This document shows positions 58,696 to 64,000 of a stretch of 64,000 bases of DNA, piece by piece. This DNA is from an uncultured Nitrospinaceae bacterium (lineage in GTDB: Bacteria; UBA8248). Under the pieces are notes generated by a model. It ran no database searches. It had not been told where the DNA came from and saw only the letters and a program-made list of their open reading frames with translations. The DNA is taken from NCBI GenBank assembly GCA_964005815.1, contig CAXFSR010000043.1, positions 164,697-228,696 on the forward strand, written 5' to 3'. Numbering within the stretch: position 1 is the first letter of the stretch; each line of letters starts with the position of its first letter. The position numbers and the translations under genes are program-made.

Positions 58696-59772
58696 ATGAA
58701 AAAAAAACAAATCGGAATTGGAGTTATAGGTTGCGGCAGAATTGGAAGCTTACGTGCTAGCCTGGCATCTAGCCACCCTTCTGTTCGATTTCTTGCGCTT
58801 TCTGACAAAGACCCTCAACAAGCAGAGAATTTAGCGGAGAATGTTGCTGCCGACTATTCATCAAATGATAACTACGAAATTATTTCTAACCCAGAAGTAG
58901 ATGCCGTTTTTGTATCTACACCAGAACATGATCATACAGAATCCATTTTGCAAGCAATCGAACTAGGAAAACCTGTTTTTGTCGAAAAACCCCTTACCCT
59001 CTCTTTAGAAGAAGCTGACCAAATTATAGAGAAACTCGAGGAAAAAGGAACAGACCTGAGAATTGGATATTCCAGAAGACACGACAGAAGATGGATGCTT
59101 GCTAGGGAACAAGTAGAACAAGGAAGATTGGGTAAAATCATCGGAATTCAGTCCAGAGTTTACAGTACTAGAGCACAGATCGTTCAGCCTTTACAACGCT
59201 CACCGCATGCATCACCTGTAAACGATGTTTTAACTTACTATGTAGACATGGCTTGCTGGTTTTTAAAAGACTTGTATCCTGTCGAAGTATTTGCAAGAGG
59301 AAACTCTAGAGTTTTTAAAGAAATGGGCTTTGATAAAGAAGATGTCACATGGACTATCATCACCTTTAATGACGGAACGGTAGTGAATTTAGGTATTTCC
59401 TGTGTTTTACCAGCAAAATATCCAACCTACGGGCAAAGTGCAAGATTTGAGGTTATAGGACAAGACGGAGTCATCCTTTTAGATACAGACAATAAAGATA
59501 GCGTTTTGTTTACTGATAAAGGCGTGCCACACGCTTACGTACCTGGCCACGATGCAAATATGCTATTTATGCAAACAAACTCTTCTGGAGATTGGGCCAT
59601 GGGAGAATACTGGGGACCTATTTCAAATGAAACTAGAGGTTGGTTAGACCATCTTTCTACAGGCAAACCATGCAACCATACGACTGCGAAAGAAGGAAGA
59701 CAAACACTTGCAGTAACGATAGCAATTGAGGAATCGTCCAAGACTGGACAAACCATCAAATTAAATTCATAG
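58696..59772 (+). CDS. Gfo/Idh/MocA family oxidoreductase
   Basis: GVIGCGRIG, VDAVFVSTP, VFVEKP, IGYSRR. Confidence 0.9.
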   Translation: MKKKQIGIGVIGCGRIGSLRASLASSHPSVRFLALSDKDPQQAENLAENVAADYSSNDNYEIISNPEVDAVFVSTPEHDHTESILQAIELGKPVFVEKPLTLSLEEADQIIEKLEEKGTDLRIGYSRRHDRRWMLAREQVEQGRLGKIIGIQSRVYSTRAQIVQPLQRSPHASPVNDVLTYYVDMACWFLKDLYPVEVFARGNSRVFKEMGFDKEDVTWTIITFNDGTVVNLGISCVLPAKYPTYGQSARFEVIGQDGVILLDTDNKDSVLFTDKGVPHAYVPGHDANMLFMQTNSSGDWAMGEYWGPISNETRGWLDHLSTGKPCNHTTAKEGRQTLAVTIAIEESSKTGQTIKLNS

Positions 59773-59821
59773 TGTTTTTCATTGAATAATGAATTTATTT
59801 TCTACACAGGAGGACAGAAAG

Positions 59822-60226
59822 ATGCCTATTTATAAAATTTCAGAGATGGAAGCGAAAAAATCTAAAGTCGGTCCTGCGACAGGAAAATCTGTAGCAGGTG
59901 AACTTATAAAAGTAGGAATTGTTACATATTTAGAAGGGGAAGGACCTCCACCCCACTTCCATCCAAACGAAGAACAGTTTGTACTCGTACTTGATGGAAA
60001 AATGAGAAAAATTTTAGGAGATGAAGAAACTATAGTAGAAAAAGGAGATTTAATACACATTCCAAGAAATACAAGACACGGGGTATGTGCTATCGAAGGA
60101 CCAGCTACTTTTTTTGCAGCAAAAAGCCCTGTTGGAAATGGAGACATGTCGCAAGATTACAATAAAGCTCTAGATGCAGATCAAGTTATTGAAAAACTAG
60201 GAATCCAGAATTTAGACCCAAAATAA
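59822..60226 (+). CDS. Cupin domain protein, paralog A
   Basis: PPHFHPNEEQ...G and GDLIHIPRNTRHG motifs; start moved to ATG 59822 after AGGAGG. Confidence 0.9.
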   Translation: MPIYKISEMEAKKSKVGPATGKSVAGELIKVGIVTYLEGEGPPPHFHPNEEQFVLVLDGKMRKILGDEETIVEKGDLIHIPRNTRHGVCAIEGPATFFAAKSPVGNGDMSQDYNKALDADQVIEKLGIQNLDPK

Positions 60227-60246
60227 AAACTTAAAGGAAAATAAAG

Positions 60247-60648
60247 ATGCCTATCTATAAAGAATCAGAAATGGAAGTACAAACTTCCGATAAAGTTGAA
60301 GGTCTCGAATTAAAATCAGTAGCAGGAGAACTTATTAAAGTTGGATTTGTTACCTATCAAGAAGGAGAAGGACCACCACCACACTTCCATCCAAACGAAG
60401 AACAATTTGTACTCGTTCTTAAAGGGAAGTTCAGAAAGGTCTTAGGTGATGAAGAAACCATTATAGAAGAAGGAGATTTAGTTCATATTCCTAGAAATAC
60501 CAGGCACGGGGTATGTGCCATTGATGGTCCTGCAACTTTTTTTGCAGTTAAAAGCCCAGTCGGGGACGGTGATTTAGCGCAGGATTATAATAGAGCTACA
60601 GACGCAGAAGAAGTAGCAAAAAAACTAGGATTGAATTTAAATAGTTAA
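60247..60648 (+). CDS. Cupin domain protein, paralog B
   Basis: Same motifs; roughly three-quarters identical to paralog A by eye. Confidence 0.9.
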   Translation: MPIYKESEMEVQTSDKVEGLELKSVAGELIKVGFVTYQEGEGPPPHFHPNEEQFVLVLKGKFRKVLGDEETIIEEGDLVHIPRNTRHGVCAIDGPATFFAVKSPVGDGDLAQDYNRATDAEEVAKKLGLNLNS

Positions 60649-60674
60649 AGTAAATTATTAAGAATAACTACACT

Positions 60675-60711
60675 AACTACCTTATATAACTCGTTGTTAT
60701 ATAAGGTAGTT
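60675..60711. terminator. Perfect 16-bp hairpin between convergent genes (likely terminator, possibly bidirectional)
   Basis: AACTACCTTATATAAC-TCGTT-GTTATATAAGGTAGTT followed by a T run on the plus strand. Confidence 0.8.
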
Positions 60712-60716
60712 TTTAT

Positions 60717-63017
60717 TTATGGAAAACTGGGAGGTGAGACCCTTCTATTAGAAGCCGCTTGATAAGCAGAGGCAACCTTCAAGATTAAATCTTCTTTTCC
60801 AGGCTCTGCTCTAAAGACTAAAGAAAAAGGAAGTCCTGGTTCTGGAATTTTTGTCAGCGTGTTCGAATATACTGCCTTATAACTTTTTTTATCTTCGCTT
60901 AATACAAAAACAGGATCATAAACTGTGGTTACATAACCAGCAGGAACCAACACCTCGGTCAAACCAGCATTTGGTCCAAAACGGGTTTCCAGTCTAATGT
61001 TTTGCCAATGCCCTGGCTGGCTGGCTCCTCCAATAATCGCGGGAGGAAAAGGTGTATGCAACCTAACAAGAACATCTAAATTATTCTCTATAAGAACCAT
61101 CATATCTACTCTGCGAAGAAGTTCTCTTAACATGATACGTTCATTCACTCCTTGCCTATTTCCATGAGGGTTTCTCGGATCCACTACTTCTTCCCAATTT
61201 TTAAAGGAAGCTCTATGATCATCTCCCCAAAACTTAGAACGTGCATTCAATGCAGAAAAATCGGTAAGCGTTTCTGTGAAACCTTTTTCTTTCCAATCTT
61301 GCGCACGTCTTGTTAAATATTGAGGAATATGAAAACGGAAAGACATCGCAAGCTCTTGCTGCTGGATAGTAGCGATATCAAAATTAGAAGGAGGCTCCAC
61401 TCTTCCCTCTGCCAGTTCGACAAAATAGTCAATCGGCTTCATAGTTCCTGAACCAAATACGACACCTGGCGCGAATTCGGTAGGAACAATGGATGCAGCA
61501 AACTCTTTATAAAGAGGCTCGCCTTTAGCATCTAGCCTAAACAGTATGTCGGGCATAAAAACAGGAACCAGTTTACAAAGCGCTTTCCTGTAATCGGTTT
61601 CCATTGTCTCTAATTCAGCATCCTGCTCCCAAAGAGGATCTACAGATTCCACTAAAGTCGCCCCAAGATGCGAATGCAACACTTCTTTCAGTTCTCTATT
61701 CGCAGCAGTCACAATAGGTTCTTCACTAATGGATACAGGATCATACACAAAAGATTCTCTTATAACTCCAATTCTTGTTCCTTCTAAAGAACCCTTATTT
61801 CCTGACTGACCAACATGCTCCACATAAGAAGTATCAAGTACCGAAGAGCGCGGTATGGTAGTAAAAGGATCTCTGGGATCATAATAGCCGTTTTCCTCAT
61901 CTTTCAGAGAATCCAGTACTTTCGCGCAGTCTACAATCGTCCTGCACATAATTCCGCTTCTATCACAATAAATATCTGCCCCAATAGCTCCGCCATCAAA
62001 CCCAAGCATAGCTTTATGCGGAAGAATCAAAGACACAGCATTATGATTAGAGGGACCTCTACAAGAGGCCCTGGTTTCTTCTCCCAAACTTGCCATTACG
62101 AGATTAGTACTGACGGACACTGCAGAACCAGAGCTAGAACCTAAAGATGCAGCCCTTGTTGTATCGTAGGAATTCGAAGGATTACCGCCCCACGTTGTTC
62201 TTTGATATCCAAGAACAGAAGGCAAAATTTTATCAGGATCGTTTTTTCCACCAGGATTATCTGCACGACCGTTATATTCTGTACTCACCGATTTGGCATA
62301 GATAATCGCGCCTTTCTTTCGGAGTTGATCGACGAGGATATGATCCCTGGCAGGAAAATCCATATCGTACGCGGCATCTCCCCCGCCCGTAGAACGCATA
62401 TCCTTGGTATCAAAAGGATCTTTAAAGGAGAATACAACTCCATACATAGGCATTTTTTCAAAGTCGGGATTAGTTCCGTATTCTTCATCTAATTCTTGAG
62501 CACGCTCGAGTGCATCGGGATACTGCCTAAACATCTCACAAGCAGGAGGAGCACCAGGAGGCAGAGGACCTTCTGATGGATGCTTATCGAACTCCCCTTT
62601 ACATGTAACAGAACGCTCTCCCCTAATATTTAACGTTGCAAGTGCATTGACCTGCTCTGCATCAGGAATCCCGGTAATCATTCCAAACTGCTGAAAGACT
62701 TCAGGATCAGAAGAAGTAGCTTCCATTCTTCCATATTCAATAGGAGGACCTTCATACTTATCTAAATCAGGTAAGATAACCGAAGCCTTTACCGTCTCAG
62801 TCGGAAAAGATAGTTCCGTTTTTGCTCTTTCCACTCCTGGAACTTTCTCTACGCTTTCGCCATCTTCAGTCACTAGCATACTTGAAACGCCATTATACTT
62901 GCGTGCTCTTTCTATATACCTTTCCACTACTTCTTTACATGTTACTTCTCCATTTCGAATCGCGTTATGTAGCTGTTCTATCGTCGCTTCTTCAAGATTA
63001 AAAGATTTATCATTCAT
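60717..63017 (-). CDS. Large amidase-signature family protein (766 aa)
   Basis: EEATIEQLH start, FSFKDPFDT (Lys), GSSSGSA, GEETRASCRGP (Ser nucleophile), ASAYQAAS.RR.SP end. Confidence 0.88.
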   Translation of the reverse strand: MNDKSFNLEEATIEQLHNAIRNGEVTCKEVVERYIERARKYNGVSSMLVTEDGESVEKVPGVERAKTELSFPTETVKASVILPDLDKYEGPPIEYGRMEATSSDPEVFQQFGMITGIPDAEQVNALATLNIRGERSVTCKGEFDKHPSEGPLPPGAPPACEMFRQYPDALERAQELDEEYGTNPDFEKMPMYGVVFSFKDPFDTKDMRSTGGGDAAYDMDFPARDHILVDQLRKKGAIIYAKSVSTEYNGRADNPGGKNDPDKILPSVLGYQRTTWGGNPSNSYDTTRAASLGSSSGSAVSVSTNLVMASLGEETRASCRGPSNHNAVSLILPHKAMLGFDGGAIGADIYCDRSGIMCRTIVDCAKVLDSLKDEENGYYDPRDPFTTIPRSSVLDTSYVEHVGQSGNKGSLEGTRIGVIRESFVYDPVSISEEPIVTAANRELKEVLHSHLGATLVESVDPLWEQDAELETMETDYRKALCKLVPVFMPDILFRLDAKGEPLYKEFAASIVPTEFAPGVVFGSGTMKPIDYFVELAEGRVEPPSNFDIATIQQQELAMSFRFHIPQYLTRRAQDWKEKGFTETLTDFSALNARSKFWGDDHRASFKNWEEVVDPRNPHGNRQGVNERIMLRELLRRVDMMVLIENNLDVLVRLHTPFPPAIIGGASQPGHWQNIRLETRFGPNAGLTEVLVPAGYVTTVYDPVFVLSEDKKSYKAVYSNTLTKIPEPGLPFSLVFRAEPGKEDLILKVASAYQAASNRRVSPPSFP

Positions 63018-63020
63018 AAT

Positions 63021-63269
63021 TTATTCCTCAAATTCTTTATTTACAATCACTCTGTCAATGAAATCGATAACCGCTTTTTCATTCTTGGTAAATTTATTCC
63101 AATATTCCTCTGATTCCTTTTTAGTCATACAAGAATGTATTTTATCTTTTTTTTTCGTACTATCAATTTCATCTTGCACTTCTTTTTGACTAGCAGAATG
63201 GCCGTTAGCTTGATTAAATTTTCGTGCAGCTGGCGAGAATTGATAGTATTTCTCATTTTGCTTTTTCAT
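63021..63269 (-). CDS. Hypothetical 82-aa protein directly upstream of the amidase
   Basis: ORF with purine-rich upstream sequence; its 3' end contains the GAGGA RBS of the amidase; 3-nt gap. Confidence 0.55.
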   Translation of the reverse strand: MKKQNEKYYQFSPAARKFNQANGHSASQKEVQDEIDSTKKKDKIHSCMTKKESEEYWNKFTKNEKAVIDFIDRVIVNKEFEE

Positions 63270-63524
63270 TTATTTAATTTCACTCTCTTTCATAATCTGT
63301 ACAATTATTTCAAAACTCATTATCTGGCTTGCTTTCGATTCCATAGTTATTTTCAACAAATTTATCTTTACCCTATAGAACGTTGAAATTTTTAATTTTA
63401 CGAGCGTGACCAAAATAATAATGATTTTTTAAATATTTGTCGAACTTGTAACTCTCTGCTTTGATAAAGTATGATTTTATAAACAACATCTTAAATAACT
63501 TTTTAAAGTGGGGAATATTAGAAA

Positions 63525-64000
63525 ATGAAGAAGATTTTCTATTTCGCATTTACAATGCTGGCAGTGGCTTCTTTCTTATTATCTACGATACCAACTTCTA
63601 CACAAGCTGCTAGCTTCTCCGATGGCTTATCTGCATTCAAGGAAGAAGATTACGAAACCGCCTTCAAAATATGGAAATCAGTCGCCAAAAAAGGAAATCC
63701 TAAAGCACAATTCAGATTAGCAGCTATGTACCGAAAAGGGATAGGTATACCAAAGAACCACAAAAAAGCGATCAGATGGTTTCTACTCGCTGCAAAACAA
63801 GAGAAATCAGGATTTTCCGAACCCTTTAGGGCACAAATGAATCTTGGTCATTACTACCAAATGGGAGATGCGGTTAATGAAAATAAAGTCATCGCTTTAA
63901 AATGGTATCTATCCGCTTCAAAAGGGTTTCGTCATTACGATTTCAGAAGAGGCACTAGAATAAGTGCGAAAATGATAGCGAAAATAAAAAAAGACATGTC
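63525..64000 (+). CDS. Exported Sel1-repeat protein; 3' end outside the window
   Basis: Hand translation MKKIFYFAFTMLAVASFLLS...DYETAFKIWKSVAKKGNPKAQFRLAAMYRKGIGIPKNHKKAIRWFLLAAKQ...AQMNLGHYYQMG; not in the ORF track. Confidence 0.88.
   Translation, partial: MKKIFYFAFTMLAVASFLLSTIPTSTQAASFSDGLSAFKEEDYETAFKIWKSVAKKGNPKAQFRLAAMYRKGIGIPKNHKKAIRWFLLAAKQEKSGFSEPFRAQMNLGHYYQMGDAVNENKVIALKWYLSASKGFRHYDFRRGTRISAKMIAKIKKDM

Noticed and set aside
60675..60711. Hairpin as a MITE or REP element
   Set aside because: Single copy in the window, located between convergent genes; a terminator is the simpler explanation
1..64000. tRNA/rRNA genes, integrases, transposases, prophage or defence genes, alternative genetic code
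   Set aside because: None recognised by eye; TGA, TAA and TAG all end conserved genes at expected lengths. A covariance-model scan was not possible, so small RNAs could be missed

Overview
AT-rich (about one-third GC by eye), gene-dense chromosome segment from a Gram-negative (LPS) bacterium using the standard code, with many TTG starts and overlapping stop/start codons. Gene order (argH-lipoprotein-lysA-dapF..dapB..dapL-folK, stand-alone F0 operon, purSQL, tandem ilvB) suggests a streamlined deltaproteobacteria-like or Nitrospinota/Tectomicrobia-like lineage; this is inference only. Most of the window is housekeeping: Mrp, EtfBA, HU, hisC, pan/fol/dap/lys/arg, atpZIBE, tsaB, ilv, psd/pssA, lptD, hldE/D, pur, mltD, bamD, pgsA/plsY and mscS. 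Two uncharacterised catabolic clusters lie at 2.7-8.9 kb and 56.6-63.3 kb. I saw no tRNA, rRNA, CRISPR array or mobile element. The best candidates for undescribed biology are: (1) an ExbB/ExbD/TonB motor with no adjacent receptor, co-encoded with a 1042-aa exported TPR protein and an exported TPR protein ending in nine 18-residue helical repeats; (2) a 7Fe ferredoxin fused through a flexible linker and one TM helix to an unknown basic domain, behind a repeat-rich promoter; (3) an LLM/M24/MsrP/SDR/LVIVD/cyclase operon whose M24 enzyme lacks the peptidase histidines; (4) an ATP synthase c subunit with an alkaliphile-like AxAxAxS motif. A 44-aa LptM-like lipoprotein absent from the ORF track was also found.
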